Part shown: positions 53,735 to 63,989 of the stretch, one piece after another | How the letters are laid out: each line of letters starts with the position of its first letter | Numbering within the stretch: the stretch's first letter is position 1 | IMG/VR virus record: IMGVR_UViG_3300036781_000418 | Coordinates: 186,001 to 250,000 of that record | Direction: 5' to 3' (one strand) | DNA: 64,000 nucleotides | The notes under the pieces: generated by a model | The model's input: the letters and a program-made list of their open reading frames with translations, nothing else | Told to the model about the DNA's origin: nothing | The model's database searches: none | Program-made: the position numbers and the translations under genes

Positions 53735-54802
53735 ATGACCGCTCTCAAAACCTTCGAGCCAAACACCCTTGGTCGTGACATTGTCCTTGGTGACATGCAC
53801 GGCAAGCTTGGGCTCGTGCAGAAGGTGCTGACCCACCTGAACTACGATCCACAAGTTGACCGTCTCTTCTCGGTTGGTGACCTTGTTGACCGTGGCGAGG
53901 ACAACCTCGGCTGCCTACGACTCCTGCGTCAGGGCCTGAACGCCGTACAGTCCAACCATGGCGAGTTCATGTCCCACGCCTACTTCGGTCCGAACGACTC
54001 GACGTTGGCGATGAACTGGCCCAGCAACGGCGGCATGTGGGCGATCGACCAATGGGTTGAGTGGCACGACTTTCTGCACACCAACAAGCACATGAGTCAA
54101 GAGGCGGCCGAGTTGGCCGAACTTGCTGAGCTCCAACGTGAGCTGCCCGTGCTGATCACCATCAACCACCGCAACGGCAAGAAGTACCACATCGTCCACG
54201 CGGAGTTGCCGTACCTTCGGATGTACGAGCCGATCACGGACCGTCAGCTGTCTGACCCTGCCAAGGTACAGTTCATGTCGGATCGAAAGTATGACCGGTA
54301 CAACCTTGAGCGCTGCTTCCTTTGGCTGCGTGACATGTTCGGCTCGTTCCATGAGGCGGACATGTCGAACGAAGCCGTCTTTAAGCGGCGAGTTGCGGGA
54401 ATGGCCCACCACTCGCACATCAACATGCGTGAAATCTTCACGGACCAGCTGAGCCACGTAATCTCAGGCCACACGCCAGTACACCGCCCGTTCACCATGG
54501 TGGGCCAGACGAACATCGACACGGGCTCCTATAAGGAGTTTAAGTACAAGTGGGCCGGTGTCACCGCGTTGGTCCTAGACGACTGGACCTTCTGGAAGGC
54601 TCGATCCGAAGGTGTCGAGCAGGTTCAGCCGATGACTATGACCTTTGAGGACTTTGAAAGCTATGGACAGAACAATGACGTTCAAGTGCTCCCCGGAACA
54701 GGAGGAGTACATCATGGATCACCTACAACGGGGGACGAAGGACGTCCTGATCCATCACTCGGAACGGACGTGGATTGCGAACCACGTACACAAGAAGGTT
54801 GA
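53735..54802 (+). CDS. metallophosphoesterase (NinI/PphA-like Ser/Thr phosphatase)
   Basis: GDMHG, GDLVDRG, SNHG, VHA, GHTP, IDTG. Confidence 0.9.
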   Translation: MTALKTFEPNTLGRDIVLGDMHGKLGLVQKVLTHLNYDPQVDRLFSVGDLVDRGEDNLGCLRLLRQGLNAVQSNHGEFMSHAYFGPNDSTLAMNWPSNGGMWAIDQWVEWHDFLHTNKHMSQEAAELAELAELQRELPVLITINHRNGKKYHIVHAELPYLRMYEPITDRQLSDPAKVQFMSDRKYDRYNLERCFLWLRDMFGSFHEADMSNEAVFKRRVAGMAHHSHINMREIFTDQLSHVISGHTPVHRPFTMVGQTNIDTGSYKEFKYKWAGVTALVLDDWTFWKARSEGVEQVQPMTMTFEDFESYGQNNDVQVLPGTGGVHHGSPTTGDEGRPDPSLGTDVDCEPRTQEG

Positions 54803-55054
54803 AGGTGCCTGTTCCATCAAGGGCGCTGACCTTGACATCACCACGGGAGCATGGACCGTAACCGTTCATACACCCGATAATACTCGCGCCGAACTGTAGG
54901 CCGTCGACTTAAAATGGTGACATGAAACTTGTAGTCAAACAACCGAAGCAGCGCAATAAGCGGCTTCACGAGGTGTTGGGACGATGCAAGAGCGGTAAGA
55001 TGAAGGATCGTCGACGGCTCGCTAAGAACCAGGACGATCGCAACTGGAAGAAGT

Positions 55055-55537
55055 ATGACTGCGAATGACCTAGACGATTTGGACGTGCTGATCACACGGG
55101 CATTGCTCAACGAGCGCATCAACGTCTTCGGTGAAGATGCCGGTGGTCGCAACTACTACCAACCCTTCTTCTCGACGGTGGCCTTGGTTGACACCATCTT
55201 TGGCGCAAAACGGTTTGAGCGCTCTTTTCAAGTGTCCACCATCGTCACCTACGCCATTGAGTTCCTGCTGGTGACGTCAACGATCGGTGAACTCTACGAT
55301 TCATTGGGCATGCGTCGTGAAGAGCAAGGCATGGACGAGCCAGTCGTCGACACCGTGAACAAGCTGAACAACGCCAAGTTGATCGGCGACCGCAACCTCG
55401 AGCTTGGCCTGCGCGCCGCCTTCCAAGGTGTCGGTATTCCGGACGTTGCCTGGACGCTGCCGAACAAAACCATCAAGGGTGCTGACGGCAACGAACGCAC
55501 CCAGATCATCTTCTTCCTCGACAAAATTCCGATGTAG
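55055..55537 (+). CDS. hypothetical protein
   Basis: 160 aa ORF. Confidence 0.6.
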   Translation: MTANDLDDLDVLITRALLNERINVFGEDAGGRNYYQPFFSTVALVDTIFGAKRFERSFQVSTIVTYAIEFLLVTSTIGELYDSLGMRREEQGMDEPVVDTVNKLNNAKLIGDRNLELGLRAAFQGVGIPDVAWTLPNKTIKGADGNERTQIIFFLDKIPM

Positions 55538-55731
55538 GTGACCCTATGCGCTGGCGCTGGTTTATTCGACTCCTTGAATATCTGCACCTTCGGTGCCGTC
55601 ATGAAGACGTGTTCATCGAGACGATCCATGAACAGAGCCTGCGCGGTGGCTACGCCCATTGGTCCAACGTCTTCAAGTGCCAGAAGTGCGGCCGATTCAG
55701 CACTCACGAACTCGACCTTTAGGAGAACCAC

Positions 55732-56835
55732 ATGGAACGATACCTGGTCGGCGGTGCAGTCCGCGACGCGCTGATGAACGTGACACCAAAAGACCGTGAC
55801 TGGGTCCTTGTCGGCGCTACGCAGCAGGACATTGACGACATGGTCAAGGAAGGGTACCAGTGGGTTGGTGCCGACTTCCCCGTGCTGATCCACCCAAAAA
55901 CGAAAGAGGAGCACGCCCTCGCCCGAGTCGAACGTAAAGTCGGCCATGGCTACAACGGCTTTGAGGTGGACACGGAGGGCGTCACCCTCGAGCAGGACCT
56001 GGCACGTCGCGACCTGACCATCAACGCGATGGCTTGGGACACGAGCCCATCGATGGTGTACGAAGACGACATCATCGACCCGTACGGCGGTCGCAATGAC
56101 ATCAAGCACAAGATCATCCGTCACACGACGATGGCCTTCGTTGAAGATCCGCTCCGAGCCCTGCGTGTCGCGCGCTTCGCCGCCCGCCTCAGCTTCAGCG
56201 TCCACCCCACCACACACGACCTCATCAAGCACATGGGAACGTCCGGTGAACTGGAACACCTGACCGACGAACGTGTCTGGGCCGAGGTGAAGAAGGGCCT
56301 AAGCGGTCCGCACCCCACCGTCTTCATGTACCAGCTCTACAACCTCGGCATCATCAAGCACTGCGCAGTACTGCGTGAGGTCTTTCCATGGACCTACGAG
56401 TTCGTCGCCTACGGCGTGACGAAGTACCTGCGCATGGTCAAGGAGGAAGATCGCTTCGAACTGGGCCTGGCCTGCATGATGGCGTGTGGTGACGTTGAAA
56501 AGATCAAGGCCATTCCGTCCAGGACGAAGAAGGTCTACAACAACATCGGCTACCTGAACGAGATCCATGACTGGTCAAACGTGGCGGCCGACAAGTTGGT
56601 GACGGTCATCACGAAGATCGGCGGCCTACGTGAAGGCACGATGTTTGACGACATCGTCACCTGCCTCCAGCTGACGAAGCCAACGCAGATCGAGATCATC
56701 GACATCTTGACGGCCAGCCGCATGGTGATGCAGCAAGTTCGAGCCGACCAGTTCCCAGACCTTGAAGGCCAAGCGCTCGGGGCCGCGATGATCCAAGAAC
56801 GTGCGAAGCGCGTTGCTGAGCTGTTGTTACAATAA
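55732..56835 (+). CDS. cca: tRNA nucleotidyltransferase (CCA-adding enzyme)
   Basis: [53 protein letters not shown]. Confidence 0.93.
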   Translation: MERYLVGGAVRDALMNVTPKDRDWVLVGATQQDIDDMVKEGYQWVGADFPVLIHPKTKEEHALARVERKVGHGYNGFEVDTEGVTLEQDLARRDLTINAMAWDTSPSMVYEDDIIDPYGGRNDIKHKIIRHTTMAFVEDPLRALRVARFAARLSFSVHPTTHDLIKHMGTSGELEHLTDERVWAEVKKGLSGPHPTVFMYQLYNLGIIKHCAVLREVFPWTYEFVAYGVTKYLRMVKEEDRFELGLACMMACGDVEKIKAIPSRTKKVYNNIGYLNEIHDWSNVAADKLVTVITKIGGLREGTMFDDIVTCLQLTKPTQIEIIDILTASRMVMQQVRADQFPDLEGQALGAAMIQERAKRVAELLLQ

Positions 56836-56862
56836 CAACATCGACCACCTACAAGGAAAGCA

Positions 56863-57111
56863 ATGTCCCGCAACAGCAAAGGTTACCGCACCGTCGCTCG
56901 CCGCAAGGCCAACACACTGGCCCGTAAGAACGGCAACCCAGGACCGGCAAAGACGATGCCGCAGCACGGCAAGCGCTGGACCTACCGCCACAACCCCGAA
57001 GTCGCGAAGCGCGTCGCGGAAATGATCAAGGCGACGGCGGTCGCCGATCGCCAAGCCAAGACCTCCGGCAAGGCGCTCCTCGCCAAGGCCGGTGGCGCAT
57101 CGAAGGAGTAA
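56863..57111 (+). CDS. small basic protein
   Basis: AAGGA RBS; K/R-rich. Confidence 0.65.
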   Translation: MSRNSKGYRTVARRKANTLARKNGNPGPAKTMPQHGKRWTYRHNPEVAKRVAEMIKATAVADRQAKTSGKALLAKAGGASKE

Positions 57112-57114
57112 TCC

Positions 57115-57615
57115 ATGGAAGCCAAGGTCATCGACTCGAAGACGCTTCGACGTCTTGTGTACTACTACGGGCCATGGCACGAGTACCGTGACACGGTGTG
57201 GAGCGACGAAGAGCACACGTGGGTCGCAACGGGCACCAAGTACACTCGTGACACCGACATCTGCGACCTCTTCGGCGCGATCTGCAAGGCCTTGCTGAAC
57301 ATCAGCATGTTGATGCTCATGCTTTCCGTCGCGGCCTTCGTACTCGGTGACCTTGGTGCTTGGGTTCTGGCTGCCGTTCAAGCACACCACTGGATCGAAG
57401 TAGGTCCAGGCTTCGTGGTGGTCTCTGTCATGTTGGCGATGATCGCGTTTCTTGCCGTCATCATGGGCATCTACTACGGCGGCAACTGGCTGATTAAGAA
57501 GATTGACGAACGTCGTGGCCGTAAGGCCGTGGCGTCAGGTGTCAACTACATGACGATCGGCGACGCCTGGAAAGCATGGCGCGAGAAGTACTGCTTCAAG
57601 TTGGAGATCCGCTGA
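57115..57615 (+). CDS. membrane protein
   Basis: Two TM segments. Confidence 0.6.
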   Translation: MEAKVIDSKTLRRLVYYYGPWHEYRDTVWSDEEHTWVATGTKYTRDTDICDLFGAICKALLNISMLMLMLSVAAFVLGDLGAWVLAAVQAHHWIEVGPGFVVVSVMLAMIAFLAVIMGIYYGGNWLIKKIDERRGRKAVASGVNYMTIGDAWKAWREKYCFKLEIR

Positions 57616-58004
57616 TGTTCGCCGTCCTCACCCTGTTGACGCTGCTGCAGCTCAAGCACTTCATCATCGACTTTCCAATGCAGGGTCCGTTCCAGTACTT
57701 GAACAAGGGAACGTACGGTCACCCAGGCGGCCTGCTCCACGCGCTCAACCACGGCATCGGCACCCTGTTGGCGCTGTGCGGTCTCAGTCTCTTCGGAGTT
57801 CACGTCGCGCTGGTGACGGTGGTGTGGTTGTTCCTGTTCGACATGGTGATTCACTACCACATCGACTGGGCCAAGATGAGCCTCAACAAGAAGCTTGGCT
57901 GGGGACCGACGACGCATGAAGAGTTCTGGTGGCTCCTTGGTCTTGACCAGCTCCTCCACCAACTGACCTACCTCCTGATCGTTTACCTGGCACTTGCACC
58001 ATGA
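57615..58004 (+). CDS. DUF3307 family membrane protein
   Basis: KHFIIDFPMQ..HYHIDWAK..LGLDQLLHQL. Confidence 0.85.
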   Translation: MFAVLTLLTLLQLKHFIIDFPMQGPFQYLNKGTYGHPGGLLHALNHGIGTLLALCGLSLFGVHVALVTVVWLFLFDMVIHYHIDWAKMSLNKKLGWGPTTHEEFWWLLGLDQLLHQLTYLLIVYLALAP

Positions 58005-58504
58005 GCATTCCAAAGAAGTGTGACTTGAACTTCTTCATCGACTCGGACGGCGTCGTCGCTGACTTCGTCACGACGAAGCTGAAGTTGGGCATGACGTCTG
58101 AACAGTTCAAGCACGAGCCCGGCGCCTACACGTACCTTGGCTTCATGCCCGGCGCTGAAGACGCACTGACACGGTTGAAGATGTACGACGACGCGAACAT
58201 CGCCCGTGTTTGGATCGCCACCAAGACACCGGCTGGCGCACCGTACGCATACTCCGAGAAGGCGCTCTGGTACCGTTGGAACGCGCCATGGCTTGAGGAC
58301 CGCGTGATTCTCATCCATGACAAGTCGCTGCTTGGTACGGAGAACGACGTGCTCGTCGACGACCGCGCCCACAAGGGCGGTTGTGAGCACTTCCGCGGCA
58401 CGTTCATCAACTTCGGTTCGGATCAGTACCCCAACTGGTCAGTGGTTCTCCAGAAGCTGGAGGACATCATCATTCAACGTCAACAGGCAAAGGATCAACC
58501 ATGA
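58001..58504 (+). CDS. 5'(3')-deoxyribonucleotidase (NT5C, HAD)
   Basis: FIDSDGVVADF, MPGA, EKALW, LVDDR. Confidence 0.8.
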   Translation: MSIPKKCDLNFFIDSDGVVADFVTTKLKLGMTSEQFKHEPGAYTYLGFMPGAEDALTRLKMYDDANIARVWIATKTPAGAPYAYSEKALWYRWNAPWLEDRVILIHDKSLLGTENDVLVDDRAHKGGCEHFRGTFINFGSDQYPNWSVVLQKLEDIIIQRQQAKDQP

Positions 58505-58773
58505 GTGCTGAACATGAACGTGTCGTCGCGATCAACGAAGCGGTCGACAACCTCGTCAACTACCTGCAATCGTTGCCCAAGGAACAGTACGCCAAGGCGA
58601 TGGTGCTCCAGAACCGCATCTGGGCGGCCATGAACGAAGCCGGTGACGATCCGCAACAGCGCCTCGTCCACTTCATGAAGGTCTTCGCTCAGGTGACCGC
58701 CGAGCAGGCCAACCTGATGGTCGCGGCCGTCTGCAAGTACGTGGGCGACGAAGTTCCGAAAGCGCCGACTTGA
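58501..58773 (+). CDS. hypothetical protein
   Basis: ATGA-coupled ORF. Confidence 0.6.
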   Translation: MSAEHERVVAINEAVDNLVNYLQSLPKEQYAKAMVLQNRIWAAMNEAGDDPQQRLVHFMKVFAQVTAEQANLMVAAVCKYVGDEVPKAPT

Positions 58774-58979
58774 CGTCCATTCTCCGCAAGATCGCGGTCG
58801 ACCTCCTACACGGTCGACTTCCGCCTTCAGCTTCGGTGGAGTTGAAGGAGGAGCGTCTCAAGCTCTGTGAGGGCTGCGACAACTTCAAACCACTGGCTCG
58901 TCAGTGTGGTCTTTGCGGATGTTTCATGGACATCAAGGCCAAGCTCCTCGAAGCCACCTGTCCAATTGACCTATGGTGA
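58770..58979 (+). CDS. small Cys-rich protein (DUF6171-like)
   Basis: RLKLCEGC..QCGLCGCFMDIK..CPIDLW. Confidence 0.65.
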   Translation: MTSILRKIAVDLLHGRLPPSASVELKEERLKLCEGCDNFKPLARQCGLCGCFMDIKAKLLEATCPIDLW

Positions 58980-58983
58980 CCCT

Positions 58984-59784
58984 ATGCACGTAAACATGAA
59001 CACCCCTACCGCCGTGGAAACTCGTTCCGGCCTCTTCATCGACTTGGCTGATCCAGACCCAGCCACCATCCTGACGACCGATATCTTCTGGGCCCTGTCG
59101 CGCCAGCCACGCTTCGGTGGCGCCTCTACCTGCGAGGAGATCTACACGGTCGCCCAGCACTCCGTGCTTGCGGCCCACCTGGTCTACAACCTGCTCTTCA
59201 GCGGCTCCATCTTGGAGGACGCTCCGGTTTACCCCAGTGGTGGTAATACCGTGACCGGCGAGCTGTGGATGCGCTTCCGTCAGTTCGTAATGTACAAGGT
59301 TGGCGAAGGTCGGGCCGATCACGTTGAGACCATCAAGACGATGGAGCTGTTCACGGCCCTGACTCAGGGCGCCCATGAACCCAAGCTGCGCGTCGTCTTG
59401 GAAGGCCTCCGCCACGACTGGGCCGAAGGTTACCTGATCGACTTGCCCACGCCGGTCAAGCGCTACCAAGGAGTTCGTGCCGCCTACGAGGAGCTCGAGC
59501 AGAAGGTCATGGGCGCGATCAACGCGCGCTACGACCTTGATGTCATCACCCCACACCTGCCGATCATGGACATCATGGTCAAGTGGGCCGACGACCAGGC
59601 CTTGGCGATCGAGGCCGCGCAGTTCATTCCATCAGGTGGCATCGGCTGGATGGTGTGGTCGAAGCCCCTGCCGCCTGACTTGACCGTGGAGATGGAGGTC
59701 TGGGACGGAGTATGGGACCAGGTTGAAGCTCGCCGCCAGCTGACCGAGCTCAACGGACACCTGATGCGTCAGTACCACGCGTAA
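58984..59784 (+). CDS. HD-domain 5'-deoxynucleotidase-like (YfbR/YfdR family)
   Basis: ALSRQPRFGG, YTVAQHSV, RHDWAEGYLIDLPTPVK, VKWAD. Confidence 0.8.
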   Translation: MHVNMNTPTAVETRSGLFIDLADPDPATILTTDIFWALSRQPRFGGASTCEEIYTVAQHSVLAAHLVYNLLFSGSILEDAPVYPSGGNTVTGELWMRFRQFVMYKVGEGRADHVETIKTMELFTALTQGAHEPKLRVVLEGLRHDWAEGYLIDLPTPVKRYQGVRAAYEELEQKVMGAINARYDLDVITPHLPIMDIMVKWADDQALAIEAAQFIPSGGIGWMVWSKPLPPDLTVEMEVWDGVWDQVEARRQLTELNGHLMRQYHA

Positions 59785-59942
59785 CCTGACCGACCTCAAC
59801 TGACGGCCTCCTCGTGAGGCCGTCATCGTCTGCACCGTACGGCGACACGAGGCGACGACAGGGCCTTCCGAAGCACGGCGACGTAGAGACATACACGGCA
59901 CGTGCCTGTAAATAGCTGATCACCACCGGTACCTTTGAGCAC

Positions 59943-60698
59943 ATGTACAAGAACCTATCCGATCTTCTCAAGGAAGACTTCGACGACACCGTCCACAAGG
60001 CCTTCGGGACCGTCAACTCCGCCTTCTCTGACGTCTACGGCCGGTTCAAGCGTAAGCAGGACGAAGCTGAGGCCATGGACGCCAAGTCAAAGGCCGCCGC
60101 GGACGCTGAGCAGAAGAAGAACGACAAGGTCAACGCGACCATCTCCGCGGCCGAAGGCGACCAGCACCTGAAGGCCATCATGTACGGTGACCTGTTCGGT
60201 GCACAGACAATGTACGACGAGCATGGTGACTTTGAAGACCCGGCCTGGCACAGCCTGTCGGCCGAGAAGGTGCAGGACCTGCAGAAACTGGCGAAGAACT
60301 TCAAGGCTGACATGACGACCCTCAAGAAACAACTGACCCAGCGCATGGCTAAATCAGACCAGATTAAGGCGTACGAGCGCAGTGAAGTCGCTGGTTGGAT
60401 GAACGACCGCACGGTCAACCGAGGCATCCTTAGCCTCCTACAAAACCCAGTCATCAGCGGCATCTTCGCCAACCTCCTTACAAGTCGAAACGTTGAGACG
60501 GCCGTTGATAAAATCTACAACAACTTCGTCGCTGGCATCGTCAAACAAAACAAGCGTGTTAGCTCAAAGATGTCCTCACCGCTATCTGACGAACGACTGG
60601 TGCGTTTTCAAGGCGCGTTGGTGAATCAAGTTGAGAGCCGTGCCAACCTGTTTGTGGATGCGCTTGAGAAACTTGAGCACGAAACCATCCGTGAGTAA
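59943..60698 (+). CDS. hypothetical late protein
   Basis: TAAATA at 59909; MYKNLSDLLKE. Confidence 0.65.
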   Translation: MYKNLSDLLKEDFDDTVHKAFGTVNSAFSDVYGRFKRKQDEAEAMDAKSKAAADAEQKKNDKVNATISAAEGDQHLKAIMYGDLFGAQTMYDEHGDFEDPAWHSLSAEKVQDLQKLAKNFKADMTTLKKQLTQRMAKSDQIKAYERSEVAGWMNDRTVNRGILSLLQNPVISGIFANLLTSRNVETAVDKIYNNFVAGIVKQNKRVSSKMSSPLSDERLVRFQGALVNQVESRANLFVDALEKLEHETIRE

Positions 60699-60727
60699 AT
60701 AAGAGTACACCACTTGGAGTCCATCCG

Positions 60728-61048
60728 ATGAAATATGAGAACCTACAGACCCTAGCCGCACTGTTCAAGCCACGCTTGGAAGAGTCCGGGGCTGGCAAGT
60801 CGAACGTTGAGCGATCACTAGGTTCCGTAAATGACGCCCTGGCCATGCTGCATCGACTGCTGAAGCCAGGCGGTCAACTCCAAGACGACCTGAAGCGTGG
60901 TCAGTTCATGCACCTTGACAAGGCCGAAGACGAGCACGGTGAGAACGTCACGCAGCGCCTGGCCTCGATTACCAGCACCTACATCAAGGAAGTTGAACGC
61001 CTGACGACGGAGCTGGAGCTCATGGTTCACTCCAAACCTGACACCTGA
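60728..61048 (+). CDS. hypothetical late protein
   Basis: TAAATA at 60696; GGAG RBS. Confidence 0.65.
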   Translation: MKYENLQTLAALFKPRLEESGAGKSNVERSLGSVNDALAMLHRLLKPGGQLQDDLKRGQFMHLDKAEDEHGENVTQRLASITSTYIKEVERLTTELELMVHSKPDT

Positions 61049-61102
61049 TCCTCAGTTTCATTGTCTTCGATCTGCCTCATCAGGTACGTCTCAACGTAGA
61101 AT

Positions 61103-61723
61103 GTGCCTAATGAGGCAGCATCGTTTGGAGAACCTGTGACTAAGATTCTGTACGTGTACGAACATGAGTTGGAGCTTGACGTTGGATTTGAGCTCCTGAA
61201 GCTGGAGCGGTTGGAACGCTACGCGTTCGTCGGTCAGCGCTGTGGATCCCCATCTGGCCGCGCCCTGTTCGCCAGCCTGCGAGACGAGCCGGCGATCCGC
61301 TGTTTCAACTGCGGCCTGAAGGCCAGCGTTTGGATCGTGGACCGCTCCGCGAACGAGCAGTACCCTAACCGACAGCAGGGCGTCATAAATCGTCGGATGA
61401 ACCTCTTCGGCCGGAACGCTGAAGGCGAGCTGGTGATGATGACCCAGGACCACATCATCCCAGTATCCAAGGGTGGTTTCACGGTCCTCGAGAACTTGCG
61501 TCCCGCGTGTGAGCGCTGTAACTCACGACGTGGGAACACGATGAACGCGAACGATCTAAAATTCATGAAGCAGCACCCACACCTGCACCTTCATGGTAAG
61601 GTCAAGAAAGGCAAGAAGCGGCATGCGCCAAGACATGAACAAGCTCCTGACGGAACGGGAGCGCCAACACTCGCACGCGAAGTACCGTGCAATCCGTCAC
61701 ACGAAGTACAACTCGCTGCTTAA
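61103..61723 (+). CDS. HNH endonuclease
   Basis: CFNCG..MTQDHIIPVSKGG..ENLRPACERCNSRRG; start uncertain. Confidence 0.8.
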   Translation: MPNEAASFGEPVTKILYVYEHELELDVGFELLKLERLERYAFVGQRCGSPSGRALFASLRDEPAIRCFNCGLKASVWIVDRSANEQYPNRQQGVINRRMNLFGRNAEGELVMMTQDHIIPVSKGGFTVLENLRPACERCNSRRGNTMNANDLKFMKQHPHLHLHGKVKKGKKRHAPRHEQAPDGTGAPTLAREVPCNPSHEVQLAA

Positions 61724-62618
61724 CGACGGCGAAGTTGGCGGGAAGCAGGGCGTCACCAAGCCCCACAAGCAGCGCTACGACCAGAAGTCCTTCAACGAGA
61801 ACCTCAACCCACTGTTGGGGTACCTCCACCGCAGCGTGGGTCGGCCTTGGGACAAGGTCTACTCCGAGATCTGCGAGGCCTTTGACACACGCAAGGTCAT
61901 CAACCGCCACATCCTCGTGCACCTCGCCGACTTCGTCATCCTTGACGCGGTGATGAGGGACGGGGTCGTGTCCAAGCTTGACACGGGCTACACTGGCAAG
62001 CGTGAGAAGGACTACGAAGCGCGGTGGCGGCCGCTGTCTGAATGGACCGAGTCGCAGTCCTACCCGCTCTACTACAAGCACCCCATCGACGGCCTGTTGA
62101 AGATCCAAAAGGGTCCGTCGTACCGTCAAGTTCGGAAGCAGCGCGATCAAGCCCGTGAAGCTGAACATGCCAAGGTCTACCGTCGCATCGCGCCGTTGGT
62201 TGAGGCGATCAACCACAACGGCATTTGGTACCGCTGCGAGTGGGAGCCCTACCCAGAACCAACCGTCATCTACGTCTGCCCGCCGCTGAGAACTCCTGAG
62301 ATGTACGGCGTCGCCTCTTGGAGCGACCTCTCTGACGAAACCAAGCGCAAGCACGGCCAAGCGGTGAACCGCTACGACTACAAGCCTGGCCACATCCCTG
62401 GTTACGAGCTGTGCAAGGTGATCGAGAACATCAGCCGAGTCGAACGTTTCTCAAAGGAAGTGCTTGGTTCAACCGTGCGGCGCGGCGCCGACGGTAACAA
62501 GCCCAAGCTGGCAAAGTTCTACCTGCGTGACGTCACCCAGTGTTCACACAACCAGCTGCGTGACTACGGCCTGGTGAACACCCACGTCGCCAAACAGCGC
62601 TCGCGCCGCGGTCGCTAA
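61623..62618 (+). CDS. conserved-looking basic hypothetical protein
   Basis: MRQDMNKLLTERER..NENLNPL..VGRPWDKVYSEIC. Confidence 0.65.
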   Translation: MRQDMNKLLTERERQHSHAKYRAIRHTKYNSLLNDGEVGGKQGVTKPHKQRYDQKSFNENLNPLLGYLHRSVGRPWDKVYSEICEAFDTRKVINRHILVHLADFVILDAVMRDGVVSKLDTGYTGKREKDYEARWRPLSEWTESQSYPLYYKHPIDGLLKIQKGPSYRQVRKQRDQAREAEHAKVYRRIAPLVEAINHNGIWYRCEWEPYPEPTVIYVCPPLRTPEMYGVASWSDLSDETKRKHGQAVNRYDYKPGHIPGYELCKVIENISRVERFSKEVLGSTVRRGADGNKPKLAKFYLRDVTQCSHNQLRDYGLVNTHVAKQRSRRGR

Positions 62619-62699
62619 ATACACCGTGCCACCCTGGCACGTCTAAACGGAGTCTTAATTTGGGCTCTTACTCCGTGAGCCGTTTCAATAGGAGATACC

Positions 62700-63527
62700 A
62701 TGATGTATCAACAAAAGCTTGTCGTTTCCGTGAAGGCGAATGGCAAGGTCCTGCGGGAGCAGGGCGACAACGTCTTCGTGCCGTTCGGTTCGGAGTACAG
62801 CCTCTTCATCAAGAACTTGAACACCGTGCGCGCGTCGGTTAGCATCAGCATCGACGGCGAAGACGCCACCAGCGGCTACTCACTGATCGTCGGTCCCAAC
62901 GAGTCGTTGGAGGTTGAGCGCTTCATCAAGGACGGCAACCTTCAGGCTGGCCAGCGCTTCAAGTTCATCGAGCGCACGAACAAGGTTGAGCAGCACCGCG
63001 GTGTCGGCTCCGAGGATGGTCTGATCCGTGTGGAGTACCAGTTCGAAAAGCCGTACGTTCCGCCAGCCTACACGATCACCAGCACCTACTTCAACAACCC
63101 ACCACCAACGTACTACACGTGCGCTCGTGGGCGAATCGGCAGTGTGCAACCTAGTGCACAGGACTATGTAAAGGACTATTCAAAGGGTCTCGACAACGTC
63201 TTCCTGAACAGCACGTTCTGCAGCACTACCGGCGCCGCGACGTTCGACAGCGGTGAGGTCGCTCAAGCGCAGAATGTGGCCTTGAACGACGTGGGTATCA
63301 CGGTCGGCGGCTCGGTCTCGCAGCAGCTGTTTCACCAGGTGCTCGACTTCCAGAAGGAGGCGGCGAAGCACGTGATCGTCATGCACATGCGTGGTCAGGT
63401 TGGTGAGACGGTGATCAAGACTCCAGTCACCGTGAAGCACAAGGTTGAATGCCCAACCTGCGGAACTAAGAACAAGTCGTTCACGAAGTTCTGCGGCGAG
63501 TGCGGCACAGGTTTGTCAATGGTGTGA
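62700..63527 (+). CDS. hypothetical protein with C-terminal double zinc ribbon
   Basis: CPTCG..KFCGECG; AGGAG RBS. Confidence 0.75.
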   Translation: MMYQQKLVVSVKANGKVLREQGDNVFVPFGSEYSLFIKNLNTVRASVSISIDGEDATSGYSLIVGPNESLEVERFIKDGNLQAGQRFKFIERTNKVEQHRGVGSEDGLIRVEYQFEKPYVPPAYTITSTYFNNPPPTYYTCARGRIGSVQPSAQDYVKDYSKGLDNVFLNSTFCSTTGAATFDSGEVAQAQNVALNDVGITVGGSVSQQLFHQVLDFQKEAAKHVIVMHMRGQVGETVIKTPVTVKHKVECPTCGTKNKSFTKFCGECGTGLSMV

Positions 63528-63575
63528 CCCAACTCTAGTTGATCCCCTCGCTCGTGGTGTCGTTAAAATGGCACC

Positions 63576-63989
63576 ATGAAGATCTACCTCAACCGCAAGT
63601 TCACTGAGAACCTCAACACGTTCGGCAACGGTATCCTCATGGGGATCGTCGAGTCGCCGACGATCCTGTGGGCCATCGTTCGATGGCCCTTTCGGCTTGT
63701 CAAGAACATCTGCCTTACCATCTTCGAGTACGGTGGCGCTGAGGTTGGGTTGACGGTGCTCTTGATTGGAACAATTGTTGGGATTATAACCATCCTCATT
63801 GGTGTCCTCACCATGGCAACAAACGGGGCTGACGCCACGCCATCAGAGATCCGCGAGGCTCGAGCGGTCAGCGCCTGCACCGACCAGGCTATCAAGGACG
63901 CTGGCGTCAAGAACGGTGACGTTCCACTGATCCACCTGCAGGTTAAGAACATCGTCAAGGTCTGCGCGACGAAGGAGGCCCTCAAGTGA
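63576..63989 (+). CDS. membrane protein
   Basis: TM segment; TAAAAT box immediately upstream. Confidence 0.55.
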   Translation: MKIYLNRKFTENLNTFGNGILMGIVESPTILWAIVRWPFRLVKNICLTIFEYGGAEVGLTVLLIGTIVGIITILIGVLTMATNGADATPSEIREARAVSACTDQAIKDAGVKNGDVPLIHLQVKNIVKVCATKEALK

